From an uncultured Bifidobacteriaceae bacterium (GTDB taxonomy: Bacteria > Actinomycetota > Actinomycetes > S36-B12), in assembly GCA_964551975.1 (NCBI GenBank), contig CAZKFI010000002.1:1-50694 (forward strand): a stretch of DNA of 50,694 bases. The letters are read 5' to 3'. The notes under the pieces were generated by a model. It saw nothing but the letters and a program-made list of their open reading frames with translations. It made no database searches and was not told the origin of the DNA. Position 1 is the stretch's first letter, and each line of letters opens with the position of its first letter. Of this stretch, positions 40,029 through 50,674 are shown in pieces. The translations under genes were made by a program, and so were the position numbers.

Positions 40029-42746
40029 ATGTCCATTCCCCTGCCGTCGGACGCGGTGGATCAGGATCACCACCTGCGAGCCCAGATCAGGGTTCTCGGC
40101 GATCTGCTCGGCCAGACCCTGACCCGCCAGGTAGGCCCGGAATTGCTGGCTGCGGTGGAACTGGTGCGCGAGACGGCCCGTCAGGACCCCGCCGGCGTGG
40201 CCGCGCTGCTCGATCAGGCACCCCTGGCCATGGCCATCGATCTGGCGCGAGCCTTCTCCATCTATTTCGACCTCGCCAACGTTGCCGAGCAGGTGGAACG
40301 GGCCCGGGATATCCGAGCCACCTGGCAGGCCGAGGGTGGTCCGCTCCAGCGTGCCGTCACGCGGATTCGCCTAGCGGATCCGAGCCCCGACCAGGTAGCC
40401 GCGCTAGCCGGGCGCATGCTGGTGCGGCCCGTGTTCACCGCTCACCCCACTGAGGCGGCCCGCCGTTCAGTCCTGGTGAAACTTCGTCGCATTGCCGACC
40501 ACCTCTTGGACGAACCAGGTGCTGACGAGCGCGCCATTGCCGAACTCATCGACCTCATCTGGCAGACCGATGAACTCCGCCTGGAGAGCCCGCAGGTACT
40601 GGATGAGGCACGCAACGCCCTGTACTACCTGGATGACATGACCCGAGGCCCTCTGACGCGGGTACTACGGGACCTTGCCGCCGCCCTCGGCCAATTGGGT
40701 GTGGAACTGGCTCCTGATACTCGACCGTTGACCTTCGGTTCATGGATCGGTGGTGATCGAGATGGCAATCCCAACGTCACTCCTAGCGTGACGGGTCAGG
40801 TCCTCGTCTTCCAACGGGAGCACGCAATTGCCGACCTGCTTCCCCACATTGATCGCCTCCTTGAAGACCTTTCGGTCTCTGAGCGCCTAGCCGGAGTCAG
40901 CCCGGAATTGGCTGCGTCAGTGCAACAAGACCTGCAGGCGCTTCCCGACCTCGATCCGCGCTTCCTTCGACTCAATGCCGAAGAACCTATTCGCCTGAAG
41001 CTAACGATCATTCGCATGCGACTGCGACTGACACGTGAACGCCTTGCCGCATCCGGGCCCCATATACCCGGCCGCGACTATGTAAGTAGCGACGACATCC
41101 TGGCTGACCTCGGCCTCATTCGCGACAGCCTGCTGCAGCATCGAGGCACTCTTGCCGCGCACGGCGTCCTCGATCACGCCACGCGGCTGGTGGGAGCAAT
41201 CGGACTACGTCTCGCCACTTTGGACATTCGCGAACACGCCGCGAAGTTCCATCAAGCCCTTGCTCCTCTGGTGGATCGACTTGGTGAGCATGCCACGCCG
41301 TACCTGGAGATGTCCCGCAGCGAGCGCACGCGTTTCCTGGCAGACGAATTGGATTCACCGCGACCCTTGGTACTCGCCACGTACCAGCCTGACCCTCAGA
41401 CTGCGAACACCCACGGGATCTTCACTGCCATCCGCGAAGCACTGAACACCTACGGCCCGCGCTGCATCGAGTCCTGCATCATCTCCATGACGACAGGTCC
41501 GGATGATGTTCTCGCCCCAGTAGTTCTCGCGCGCCAGGCAGGCCTAATCGATGACCAGGGCTCGCGCATCGGCTTCGTACCTCTCCTGGAGACTGTCGCT
41601 GAGTTACGCGCTGCAGGTGAGCTTCTGCAGACGCTCCTTGCTGAACCTGCCTATCGCCGGCTGGTGCGATCCCGGGATGACGTGCAGGAAGTCATGTTGG
41701 GGTATTCGGACTCGAACAAGGACGCAGGAATCACGACGTCACAGTGGGAGATTCACCTGGCACAACGCCGGTTGCGCGATGTCTGCGCCGAACACGGTGT
41801 ACGTCTGCGCCTATTCCATGGTCGCGGGGGAACGGTGGGACGCGGTGGCGGACCCACCTACCAGGCGATTCTCTCCCAGCCCTATGGCGTGCTGGATGGT
41901 CAGATCAAGGTCACCGAACAGGGTGAGGTCATCAGCGACAAGTACCTGCTGCCCGTACTTGCGCAGGACAACCTCGAGCAGATGGTTGCAGCGGTGCTGG
42001 AGGCCAGTCTCATTCACCGCGCACCTGCTGTTGCCGTACCGGTCCAGGCGCGCTGGGACGACGTTATGGATATCGCATCGACAGCGGCCCAACGCCGCTA
42101 CCGGGAGCTGGTTGATGATCCCGACCTACCCAGCTACTTCACCCTGTCCACCCCCGTGGAGGAGTTCGGTGCCATGCACCTGGGCTCACGTCCCGCCCGT
42201 CGGCCAGATACGGCGGCCGGCATCGAGGGACTGCGGGCAATTCCCTGGGTGTTCGGCTGGACGCAGTCTCGGCAGATTGTGCCGGGATGGTTTGGCGTCG
42301 GATCAGGTTTGGCCGCCGCGCGTAAAGCCGGGCACGCAGACGACCTAGCGGCCATGGCGACTGGCTGGGAATTTTTCGGTAACTTCCTGGCAAATGTCGA
42401 GATGACCCTGGCCAAGACCGATCTGCACATCGCTGAGCAGTACGTCGAGCGACTCGTACCCGAAGCCTTCCACCATCTGTTCACTGCCATTGAGCAGGAG
42501 TACGCACTGACCGTTGCTGAGATCCTGCGTATCACCGGATCTGCCGAACTTCTGGCAGGGAACCCCTCCCTGGCCAGGACCCTTCGAGTACGCGACACCT
42601 ACCTACTGCCGTTGCACGCACTCCAGATCTCATTGCTGGCCCGAAATCGAGCAGCTCGTGCCAATGGTTTCGAGGACCCACTCCTCAATCGGGCCCTCTC
42701 CGTCACCATCAACGGCATCGCGACCGGCCTTCGCAATACCGGCTGA
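40029..42746 (+). CDS. ppc: Phosphoenolpyruvate carboxylase
   Basis: TAHPTE, GYSDSNKDAG, FHGRGGTVGRGGGP, and a C-terminal ...GLRNTG. ATG 40029 has AGGA 7 nt upstream; the track start is GTG 40011. Confidence 0.95.
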   Translation: MSIPLPSDAVDQDHHLRAQIRVLGDLLGQTLTRQVGPELLAAVELVRETARQDPAGVAALLDQAPLAMAIDLARAFSIYFDLANVAEQVERARDIRATWQAEGGPLQRAVTRIRLADPSPDQVAALAGRMLVRPVFTAHPTEAARRSVLVKLRRIADHLLDEPGADERAIAELIDLIWQTDELRLESPQVLDEARNALYYLDDMTRGPLTRVLRDLAAALGQLGVELAPDTRPLTFGSWIGGDRDGNPNVTPSVTGQVLVFQREHAIADLLPHIDRLLEDLSVSERLAGVSPELAASVQQDLQALPDLDPRFLRLNAEEPIRLKLTIIRMRLRLTRERLAASGPHIPGRDYVSSDDILADLGLIRDSLLQHRGTLAAHGVLDHATRLVGAIGLRLATLDIREHAAKFHQALAPLVDRLGEHATPYLEMSRSERTRFLADELDSPRPLVLATYQPDPQTANTHGIFTAIREALNTYGPRCIESCIISMTTGPDDVLAPVVLARQAGLIDDQGSRIGFVPLLETVAELRAAGELLQTLLAEPAYRRLVRSRDDVQEVMLGYSDSNKDAGITTSQWEIHLAQRRLRDVCAEHGVRLRLFHGRGGTVGRGGGPTYQAILSQPYGVLDGQIKVTEQGEVISDKYLLPVLAQDNLEQMVAAVLEASLIHRAPAVAVPVQARWDDVMDIASTAAQRRYRELVDDPDLPSYFTLSTPVEEFGAMHLGSRPARRPDTAAGIEGLRAIPWVFGWTQSRQIVPGWFGVGSGLAAARKAGHADDLAAMATGWEFFGNFLANVEMTLAKTDLHIAEQYVERLVPEAFHHLFTAIEQEYALTVAEILRITGSAELLAGNPSLARTLRVRDTYLLPLHALQISLLARNRAARANGFEDPLLNRALSVTINGIATGLRNTG

Positions 42747-42757
42747 GGAAGTCGGTC

Positions 42758-43363
42758 ATGGTTCCGACGACCTGCATCGTCCTCAGCGGCGGCCGCGCGC
42801 GGCGACTCGGTGAACCCAAGTCGACGGCAGACCTGCATGGCCGGTCCGCCCTGCGGGTTCTCCTCGATGGTCTCCCGAGTGACCTTCCTGTCATCATCGT
42901 TGGTGATGGTGCCCCGGATATCAAGCGCCCGGTGGTGCTGCTGCGCGAAGACCCACCCCATGCCGGACCACTCCATGCATTGGCCACCGCTTTGCGGAGC
43001 AACCTGCACACACCGGCATTCATCCTGTTGGCAGTTGACCTACCCCTGGCCGGTGCGCACTGCCTGCCGCTGGTCGATCTGCTCGGAGTTGCCACGGGTA
43101 CCCCCGCGCCCCAGGCCGTGATCCCAGTGGATGCATCCGGTCGCGCACAACCCCTCGCGGCAGCCTTCGCCACCGAGGCGGTGCGCGAACGTGTGGAAAC
43201 CCTCGACGGGACGATTAACCGGCCGATCTCGCTACTACTGGATCACCTTGACGTGTTCACGGTGCAGCTGGGATCGGATGATCCCCGCGCAGTTGACTTC
43301 TCAGATTTCGACACGCAGCAGGATCTCGACCAACTGCGCACACGCCTCGCCGATCGAGGGTGA
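42758..43363 (+). CDS. MobA-like NTP transferase (molybdenum cofactor guanylyltransferase family)
   Basis: 201 aa. N-terminal IVLSGGRARRLG..K nucleotide-binding loop and later LAVDLP. No other Moco genes nearby, so specificity is uncertain. Confidence 0.65.
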   Translation: MVPTTCIVLSGGRARRLGEPKSTADLHGRSALRVLLDGLPSDLPVIIVGDGAPDIKRPVVLLREDPPHAGPLHALATALRSNLHTPAFILLAVDLPLAGAHCLPLVDLLGVATGTPAPQAVIPVDASGRAQPLAAAFATEAVRERVETLDGTINRPISLLLDHLDVFTVQLGSDDPRAVDFSDFDTQQDLDQLRTRLADRG

Positions 43364-43364
43364 A

Positions 43365-44081
43365 CTAGCTGTCGAAATCGGCCGACACCGCTGCGGCGAA
43401 GGCCGCCATGGATGCAAACTCCCAGGTGGGTGCCACCGTGGTACCCGGATCAGGAGTCGCACCCCATCCAGGCCGATCATGCCGACGGTTGATCCATACC
43501 GTTGGCAGCCCTGCATCCTGGGCGGGGATGTGGTCATGGAAGAGGCTTTGCGCAACGTGCAGCAGCTTAGGTTGACCATGCTCTGCAACATGCTGCAAGA
43601 GGGCCTGAAAGTTTCTCGGGTTCGGTTTGTAACTGCCGATGTCCTCCGCAGTGAGGATCGCATCGAACTGCACACCGAGTCGAGCATTGCTTCCGGCAAA
43701 GGACTCACGGTCGACATTCGACAGAATGATCAACTGGTAGTACCGCTGCAAGTCGGCCAGCGCCTGTGCAGAGTCAGGAAAGGCCGGCCACTGCGGCACT
43801 GACGCAGCAAATGCGGCGAGTTGGTCGTCATTGACGGTCCTATCCAAGGAGGCTGCGGTGCGCCGAAAAGCCTCGGCAAGGACCTGCGGATAGGGCCATG
43901 TGGGGTGCGCGGCTTCTACGGCCGCCTCATGGTCCGCGTAGGCAACGAGCAGATCCTCTTCACCGATAGCCAGACTCGCATCCCGAGCCCAGGGCACCAG
44001 GCTTGCCGCGATGCCCGACTCCCAATCGATCAGAGTGCCGTAGCAATCGAAACTCAGGGCTTGGAAATCTCGCAACTGCAC
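43365..44081 (-). CDS. Haloacid dehalogenase type II / HAD-superfamily hydrolase
   Basis: 238 aa. FDCYGTLIDWE nucleophile motif, ILSNVD, SYKP. Confidence 0.8.
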   Translation of the reverse strand: MQLRDFQALSFDCYGTLIDWESGIAASLVPWARDASLAIGEEDLLVAYADHEAAVEAAHPTWPYPQVLAEAFRRTAASLDRTVNDDQLAAFAASVPQWPAFPDSAQALADLQRYYQLIILSNVDRESFAGSNARLGVQFDAILTAEDIGSYKPNPRNFQALLQHVAEHGQPKLLHVAQSLFHDHIPAQDAGLPTVWINRRHDRPGWGATPDPGTTVAPTWEFASMAAFAAAVSADFDS

Positions 44082-44146
44082 TGCGGAATCCTATGACGGC
44101 TCATTTCCCTGACGAAGCAAATCGTCACCGTGCCACACGCATCTGC

Positions 44147-45769
44147 TTACAAACCCAGCAGCATTCGCAGATACCTCGGAGCCGGTGACCCATGGCTCAG
44201 GATGAGATCGTGTAATCGCTGCTGGGACCAATCTGGATGCAGAACACGCAGATCGTCAGCGATGGACCGCACCGCCTGGTAGCCGACGAAGTAGGTGGGC
44301 AGTTGACCGGCTGTCAACAGCGCCCGTCGCCACTTTCCGGCAGCCTCCTGCTCCTCCTGGAAGCCGCGATGCTGCATCAGTTGCATCGCCCCTTCCTCAT
44401 CAATATCGCCCGTATGTACTCGCACGTCCAAGATCGCGTTGATGCACATGCGCGCCTGCATCTTCAACTGTTGCATGCGAAGGGCTAGACCCGCGTCGGG
44501 ATGGGGCTCGTAGCCGTTGGCCAGCAGTACCTCCTCGGCATACACGGCCCAGCCCTCGACGAAGACGCCACTGCGGCCCCAGGCCCGAACGCGACTTGGC
44601 TTGGACAGTCGGTCGTGGGCAAGTTGCAGTACGTGACCCGGAAAAGCCTCATGGGCCATGAGGTCATGTACCAGGATCCCGTTGTACTCCCGATAGAACG
44701 AGCGGACACGGGCTTCGTCCCAACCAACGGGAGTGGGTGCGGTGGCCACATACGTCACCGACGCTTGTGTCTCCAATGGTCCCGGAGCATCGCAGTAGGC
44801 CACGGCGACACCTCGGTGAAACGCCGGCATGTCGATGAGCTCTACGGCGATCTGTGGCACCGTCACAATTCCGGCATCCTGCGTGAACTGACGCGTGGCT
44901 TCCAGGGCATTGGCTAGCGCCGAGCCAATGCCGACGTCATCCATCGGCCACCGGTTAGCGATGTCGTCCAAGGCACGGGGAACGACACCCCGAACCGGTC
45001 TGGCCTCTCCCACATACGCGGCTGCGGTTTCCCGCAGTGCTGCGGTCACCTGGTCCAGGTGGTCCTCGGCTTGACGGAGCACGTCAACCGCACCGATCGG
45101 ATCGTCAAGTGAATGCCAGAGCACGCCGGCATACAGTCGATCACCCAGGCGCGCCGATCGGGTGGCACCGGCCTGCCGTTCCTGCAACCAACGGCAGAAC
45201 TCCCGTACGGCCTGGAGTGCACTATCGACGGTTGCGTCATCGGCGAGCAGGCTGCGCACCTGGTCGTCCAGGAACTGCGTCGTGCCACCCAGTTGCTCGA
45301 TTGCCGTCTGTAAATGCAACAGGGAGCAGTAGTCCAGCGTGCGTCGAGCTTCCTGGAGCCAGTCGGGAATTGCGCGGACGCGCGCGCGCAGCGAGCGCAG
45401 GCGCTCCGGCAGCGGTGCGAAATCCCGTGTCACCAGCAGGTACAGACCGGTTGCTGGGTTCCAGACCATTGGGTCCCAGGTGTGGCGTGCCAACTCGGTG
45501 CGTTGGAACCGCGCCCGGCTGAGTGCCGCCCGCAGGATCTCCAGGTCCACCAGGTCATCGACGCTCAGCGTCGTATCGTCGATTGCATCAAGCACCGCAA
45601 GGTGGTTTTCGATGCGCTCAACCTGCGAGCGCTGCCCCTCGGCGCTCAGATCCGGTAGAGCACCGTCCCAGCGATGGTCGCCAACCGCAGTCGCAGCAAT
45701 CGGATCGAAGCTCAGCAGATCCTCCATGCTGGCGGCGATCACCTGAGCCAGCGGAGATTCAGCCGCCAT
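44147..45769 (-). CDS. DUF885 family protein (metallopeptidase-like)
   Basis: HEAFPGHVLQ motif and overall size. Start set at ATG 45769, immediately after the mazG stop (45772); the track ORF extension to 45865 overlaps mazG. Confidence 0.8.
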   Translation of the reverse strand: MAAESPLAQVIAASMEDLLSFDPIAATAVGDHRWDGALPDLSAEGQRSQVERIENHLAVLDAIDDTTLSVDDLVDLEILRAALSRARFQRTELARHTWDPMVWNPATGLYLLVTRDFAPLPERLRSLRARVRAIPDWLQEARRTLDYCSLLHLQTAIEQLGGTTQFLDDQVRSLLADDATVDSALQAVREFCRWLQERQAGATRSARLGDRLYAGVLWHSLDDPIGAVDVLRQAEDHLDQVTAALRETAAAYVGEARPVRGVVPRALDDIANRWPMDDVGIGSALANALEATRQFTQDAGIVTVPQIAVELIDMPAFHRGVAVAYCDAPGPLETQASVTYVATAPTPVGWDEARVRSFYREYNGILVHDLMAHEAFPGHVLQLAHDRLSKPSRVRAWGRSGVFVEGWAVYAEEVLLANGYEPHPDAGLALRMQQLKMQARMCINAILDVRVHTGDIDEEGAMQLMQHRGFQEEQEAAGKWRRALLTAGQLPTYFVGYQAVRSIADDLRVLHPDWSQQRLHDLILSHGSPAPRYLRMLLGL

Positions 45770-45771
45770 GA

Positions 45772-46467
45772 CTAGGACGTCGAGCTGTGCATCGCGGCCT
45801 CGACCTCGCGTATCTGTCCGGCGCGTTCCCGCACCGCATTGCGCAAGGCACTTTCGGCGTCCCAACCACGCTGACGACCCGCTGCAACAAGTGCGAGCAG
45901 CAGGTCACCGAGTTGAGTCTGGCTGGTGATGGATTCCATCAGGGCCTCTGCCGCATCCTGCTCAGTCAGCACAGGCAGCTGCTGGCTGAGGTTGGCACTG
46001 CGTGACAGCAGCTTGCCTGCCTTCATCAACGCGGGCAGTTGCTCAGGGATGCCCTCGGTCACTGATTCGCGGCCCTTTTCCTGAGCCTTACGCACATGCC
46101 AATCGGCCTCGACTGCTTCAGCGGAACTGGCACTGGCGTCAGCGAAGACATGGGGGTGTCGGCGAACCAACTTTTCGATAATGCCATCGGCGACATCGTC
46201 GATCGTGAACGCCTCCTCAGAATTCTCAGTGGCGATCCGCGCATGGAAGACCACCTGGAGGAGTAGGTCACCAAGTTCTTCCCTGAGCGCAGCCCAGTCC
46301 TGCAGATCGATGGCTTCAACTACCTCGTAGCTTTCCTCGATGAGGTACTCGATCAACGATGCATGCGTCTGTCTGGCATCCCACGGACACCCGCCTGGCG
46401 AACGCAAGCGATCCATGACAGCTACCAGGTCAATGACCCGGCTTCCGGCGACCGGCTGGTCGACCAT
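45772..46467 (-). CDS. mazG: Nucleoside triphosphate pyrophosphohydrolase MazG
   Basis: 231 aa. CPWD, EESYEVVEAI and ELGDLLLQVVFHA MazG motifs. Confidence 0.9.
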   Translation of the reverse strand: MVDQPVAGSRVIDLVAVMDRLRSPGGCPWDARQTHASLIEYLIEESYEVVEAIDLQDWAALREELGDLLLQVVFHARIATENSEEAFTIDDVADGIIEKLVRRHPHVFADASASSAEAVEADWHVRKAQEKGRESVTEGIPEQLPALMKAGKLLSRSANLSQQLPVLTEQDAAEALMESITSQTQLGDLLLALVAAGRQRGWDAESALRNAVRERAGQIREVEAAMHSSTS

Positions 46468-46485
46468 GCGCAGACTCGAACCTGC

Positions 46486-47091
46486 TTAGGCTGCTGGCAC
46501 CGAGAGATCATCCGGGAGTGGCCCGATACTCAGACGCTCGGCATCCCAGGTGCCATAACGGGGACTCACCTGAGTTCCGACGGCGTTGCTCACCTCAGCA
46601 AGGGACTGGATCAGCACGGCGTTCTGCTCTTCGGCACTGGCGTTCGGGGCAATCTGCTGGCTGAGCCGCTTTGCCAGCAGATTAGTTTTGACGAAGGCCT
46701 CGATCTGGCTCGGTGCCACATTGCGCTCGGTGAAGATCCGTTCAACCTCGGCGCGTCCACCAACATCGCCGTCATAGCCCAGCAGCACCAGGTCGATCTC
46801 GCCTTGGGTGACCTGCACTCCTTCGCGCTGGGCCAGCAGATCAACCAGTTCGTTCGTGATTAAGAAGGAGAGCACCTCACCTGTGAGGGCGGCATCTTGA
46901 CTGTCCAATGGTCGTGACTGCGCTTGCAGGACTGCAGCAACCTGCTCGCTGAGGCTCTCCTGACTGATCCGAAGGTCCCCGACGGTCGCAGCCGCTCCAG
47001 CTGCGATAGCACCGCTCTGACCGGCGCACCCGGACAGAGCAAGCCCGGACAAGGTGAGCGTCGCCGCCAACAGGATCCCTACGCCTCGCAT
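46486..47091 (-). CDS. Lipoprotein, SurA-N-terminal-like chaperone domain (tentative)
   Basis: Signal peptide plus lipobox (LALSGCAG). Start at ATG 47091 with AGGA 8 nt upstream; the longer track ORF overlaps mfd. Helical, chaperone-like composition; the function call is weak. Confidence 0.6.
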   Translation of the reverse strand: MRGVGILLAATLTLSGLALSGCAGQSGAIAAGAAATVGDLRISQESLSEQVAAVLQAQSRPLDSQDAALTGEVLSFLITNELVDLLAQREGVQVTQGEIDLVLLGYDGDVGGRAEVERIFTERNVAPSQIEAFVKTNLLAKRLSQQIAPNASAEEQNAVLIQSLAEVSNAVGTQVSPRYGTWDAERLSIGPLPDDLSVPAA

Positions 47092-47119
47092 GCGCACGAT
47101 CCTATGAGGAGGCCAGAGG

Positions 47120-50100
47120 TCAGTCACCTGAGGGCGCGCGCACCGGTTCAAGCAGCGTCGTCTGGATAAGGTCACGCACCCAGGCCAAGAGTTCGAGATC
47201 GCGAATGGGTTGCCCACCGATCGGCGCCGTCATCGGCCTAGGGACAAGTACCGTGCGAACGGCTGGCTTGACGATGGTCTGCGGGTAGAGGCGGCGCAGG
47301 CGCAGCTGCCCGGACTCAGGCAGCTCCACCGGATGAAGTCGAATATTTGGACCTGCGGCAATGACTTCATCGAGTCCGGCCGAGCGAGCTAACACGCGAA
47401 AACGCGCAATCTCCAGCAGCGCCTGCACCGGCTCCGGCAGCGGTCCGTAACGATCGAGAAACTCCGCCTGAACCTCATCCACCGCGGCTTCAGTCACAGC
47501 ATCTGCCAGTCGCTTATATGCCTCCAGACGTAGTCGCTCATGCGGTAGATACTCCACCGGGATGCTGGCGTTGATAGGGAGTTCCACCTTCAACTCCTCA
47601 TGAGCAACCGGCGCTTCTCCCTTGGCCTCAGCCAAAGCTTCGCCCACTAGGCGCACGTAGAGGTCGAACCCCACGTCCGCAATATGCCCACTCTGCTCAC
47701 CGCCGAGCAGATTGCCAGCCCCCCGGATCTCAAGATCCTTCAAGGCAATGTGCATACCTGATCCAAGGTCCGTATGTTGGGCGATCGTGGTCAAGCGTTC
47801 GTGTGCGGTTTCCGTCATTGGTCGCTGCTCGTCGTAGAGGAAGTAGGCATAGGCACGCTCGCGCCCACGTCCAACCCTGCCTCGCAACTGGTGAAGTTGT
47901 GACAGGCCAAGTGCATCTGCGCGATCGACGATGAGGGTGTTCGCGTTCGGAATATCGATTCCGGATTCCACAATCGTGGTACAGATGAGCACATCGATGG
48001 ACTTCTCCCAGAAATCCAGGATCACACGCTCAAGTGTTGCCTCACTCATCTTGCCGTGCGCAGTAGCAACTCGTGCTTCCGGAACGAGTTCACGAACCCG
48101 AGCGGCAACTCGCTCGATTGATTCGACTCGGTTATGTACGTAGAAGATCTGCCCCTCACGCGCCAACTCACGCCGGATGGCGGCGGCGATCTGACGATCG
48201 TGGTACGGGCCGACAAAGGTCAGCACCGGATGGCGCTCCTCTGGTGGGGTCTGAATGACCGACATGTCGCGGATCCCGGTTACTGCCATCTCCAGCGTCC
48301 GTGGGATGGGCGTTGCAGACATTGCCAGCACGTCTACATTCGTCCGCACTGCTTTGAGGAATTCCTTGTGCTCGACGCCGAATCGCTGTTCTTCATCAAG
48401 AATGACCAGGCCTAGGTCTTTGAAGGAGACATCCGGACTGAGCAGGCGGTGGGTTCCGATCACAACATCGACAGTTCCGTCTTTGAGTCCCTCCATCACC
48501 TGGCGGGCTTCCTTCGCTGAACTGAACCGCGATAGTGCGGCAACCCTTACGGGGAATGGCGCGTAGCGGTCGCTGAATGTTGCGAGGTGTTGCTGCACCA
48601 GCAGGGTGGTGGGTACCAGAACAGCGACCTGCTTACCGTCCTGCACCGCCTTGAATGCCGCTCGAACAGCGATTTCAGTCTTGCCGTACCCAACATCACC
48701 ACAGATCAAGCGATCCATCGGAGTCGTTCGCTCCATGTCGCCCTTGACTTCTTCGATACTCGACAGCTGATCCGGTGTCTCAACGTAGGCGAATGCGTCT
48801 TCCAGCTCTCGTTGCCAGACGGTGTCAGCACCGTAGGCGTACCCCTTTGCCTGCTGGCGTGCGGCGTACAGGCGAATCAGCTCCTCGGCGATTTTTCGTA
48901 CAGCCTTGCGCGCACGCCCCTTCGCCTGCTGCCAGTCGGCACCACCGAGGCGGTGAACGGCGGGTGCTTCACTCCCTACGTAACGCGTCACCAGATCCAG
49001 CTGGTCGGTGGGCACATAGAGACGATCTGGAGGTTGGCCGCGCTTACTTGAGGCGTATTCCAGCACCAGGTATTCCCTAGTGGCGCCGCCTACAGCCCGC
49101 TGCACCATCTCGATGTACCGGCCTACCCCATGCTGCTCATGGACGACGAAATCCCCCGGCACCAGGGTCAGGGGATCGATCGTTCGCTTTCGCCGGGAAG
49201 GCATCCGACGCACGTCCCGAGTTCCGGCGCGACGCCCTATCAAATCCGCTTCCGTAAGCAGCGCGACTCGCTCATCGGTAAGCAGGTAGCCCCGCTCGAA
49301 GGGTCCCGCGCACACGCTCACCACACGGGGCTCAGGTGGCTCGGGTAGTGCTTCCACCACCCGTGCCGGTATCTCCTCCGCACCCATGGATTCGGCAAAG
49401 CGCGCAGCGGATCCCTGTCCAGCAGTGGTGACAACAACCGCCCAGCCGTCCCGGATCAGTTCACCAATTTGCCCCAGTCGATGGTGCGGATCCCCAGTGC
49501 TGAGGTCCCACTCCGCAGCGCCAAGCGGGAACCCATGTGGCGCCGGTTCTTCTTCGTCACCCGAATCACCAGGAAGAGCGCTGATCTCCCACCAGGGGTG
49601 CTTTCCCCGGGTGGCATCGCGGATTTCCTCAACGCTCAGGTACGAGCTTGATGACAGGTCAATCGGTGAAAGGTCTATGGGCGTGACGTTGCCTGCGGCT
49701 GCGTTGTGCCAGGACGCCACCAGAAACTCCTCGGCCGTCCGCACGAGGTCGGCCGCGCGGGCCGACACGCGCTCGGGTTCGCACAGCACGATTGCCGCGT
49801 TCGTAGCCAGGAGTTCGGTGAATGGTGCTAGATCCTCAACCAGTGCCGGTATCAGCGCTTCCATACCTTCGGTGATTTGAGCTTCAGCGATTCGGCCCGC
49901 GAGATCGGCGAGTTCCGGGTACTGGGTCGCCAGCGCGCGGGCCCGGGTGCGTACCGCGTCGGTGAACAGAAGTTCACGTACCGGGCCTGCCAGCAGTCCA
50001 TCTGGACATTCGGCGAGCGAACGTTGATCGATGACGGCGAAACTTCGCACGCTCTCCACCGTGTCGTCCCAAAACTCAATGCGCACTGGGTGCTCATCAG

Positions 50101-50674
50101 TGGGTACGAAAACATCGACGATTCCGCCACGCACCGCGAACTGCCCACGGCGCTCCACGAGATCGACGCGCTCATAGCCCAACTCGACGAGGCGGCGAGC
50201 CACCTGCACGGGCTCGATGGTCATCCCGGTACGAACACGTACCGGGTCACACTCCGCGATCGACATCGAGATCGGCTGCAACACCGCACGCACCGACGCC
50301 ACGACCACCTGCACTGGGGCAGCAAGGGGATCGGAGGAGTCAGGACGCCTCAGTCGTCGCATCACCGCGGTGCGGCGTCCCACAGTGTCCAATGACGGTG
50401 AAAGGCGTTCATGCGGCAGGGTTTCCCAGGAGGGGTACACCTCAACGGACACGCCTTCGATCAGGCCACGCAGTTCTGCGGCCATGTCGTCGGCCTGTCG
50501 TCCTGTTGCGGTGATCACCAGCAACGGTCGTCCTGCGCCGTCCTGGCTGGCCAGCAGCGCAGCGGCAAGCGAGTGTGCGGGTCGCGGTGCAGTGATGACT
50601 CCATCGCGACCAGCGCGCAGCTGTTCCAGTGGTTCCGTCATGCGTGGCGCGATGGCACGCACCAGGCCGGCCAC
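47120..50674 (-). CDS. mfd: Transcription-repair coupling factor
   Basis: 1184 aa. CarD-like GDFVVHEQHGVGRY, helicase motifs GDVGYGKTE, LVILDEEQRFG, SATPIPRT, QLHQLRGRVGR, and the TRCF domain. GTG start at 50674; ATG 50641 is an alternative. Confidence 0.95.
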   Translation of the reverse strand: MAGLVRAIAPRMTEPLEQLRAGRDGVITAPRPAHSLAAALLASQDGAGRPLLVITATGRQADDMAAELRGLIEGVSVEVYPSWETLPHERLSPSLDTVGRRTAVMRRLRRPDSSDPLAAPVQVVVASVRAVLQPISMSIAECDPVRVRTGMTIEPVQVARRLVELGYERVDLVERRGQFAVRGGIVDVFVPTDEHPVRIEFWDDTVESVRSFAVIDQRSLAECPDGLLAGPVRELLFTDAVRTRARALATQYPELADLAGRIAEAQITEGMEALIPALVEDLAPFTELLATNAAIVLCEPERVSARAADLVRTAEEFLVASWHNAAAGNVTPIDLSPIDLSSSSYLSVEEIRDATRGKHPWWEISALPGDSGDEEEPAPHGFPLGAAEWDLSTGDPHHRLGQIGELIRDGWAVVVTTAGQGSAARFAESMGAEEIPARVVEALPEPPEPRVVSVCAGPFERGYLLTDERVALLTEADLIGRRAGTRDVRRMPSRRKRTIDPLTLVPGDFVVHEQHGVGRYIEMVQRAVGGATREYLVLEYASSKRGQPPDRLYVPTDQLDLVTRYVGSEAPAVHRLGGADWQQAKGRARKAVRKIAEELIRLYAARQQAKGYAYGADTVWQRELEDAFAYVETPDQLSSIEEVKGDMERTTPMDRLICGDVGYGKTEIAVRAAFKAVQDGKQVAVLVPTTLLVQQHLATFSDRYAPFPVRVAALSRFSSAKEARQVMEGLKDGTVDVVIGTHRLLSPDVSFKDLGLVILDEEQRFGVEHKEFLKAVRTNVDVLAMSATPIPRTLEMAVTGIRDMSVIQTPPEERHPVLTFVGPYHDRQIAAAIRRELAREGQIFYVHNRVESIERVAARVRELVPEARVATAHGKMSEATLERVILDFWEKSIDVLICTTIVESGIDIPNANTLIVDRADALGLSQLHQLRGRVGRGRERAYAYFLYDEQRPMTETAHERLTTIAQHTDLGSGMHIALKDLEIRGAGNLLGGEQSGHIADVGFDLYVRLVGEALAEAKGEAPVAHEELKVELPINASIPVEYLPHERLRLEAYKRLADAVTEAAVDEVQAEFLDRYGPLPEPVQALLEIARFRVLARSAGLDEVIAAGPNIRLHPVELPESGQLRLRRLYPQTIVKPAVRTVLVPRPMTAPIGGQPIRDLELLAWVRDLIQTTLLEPVRAPSGD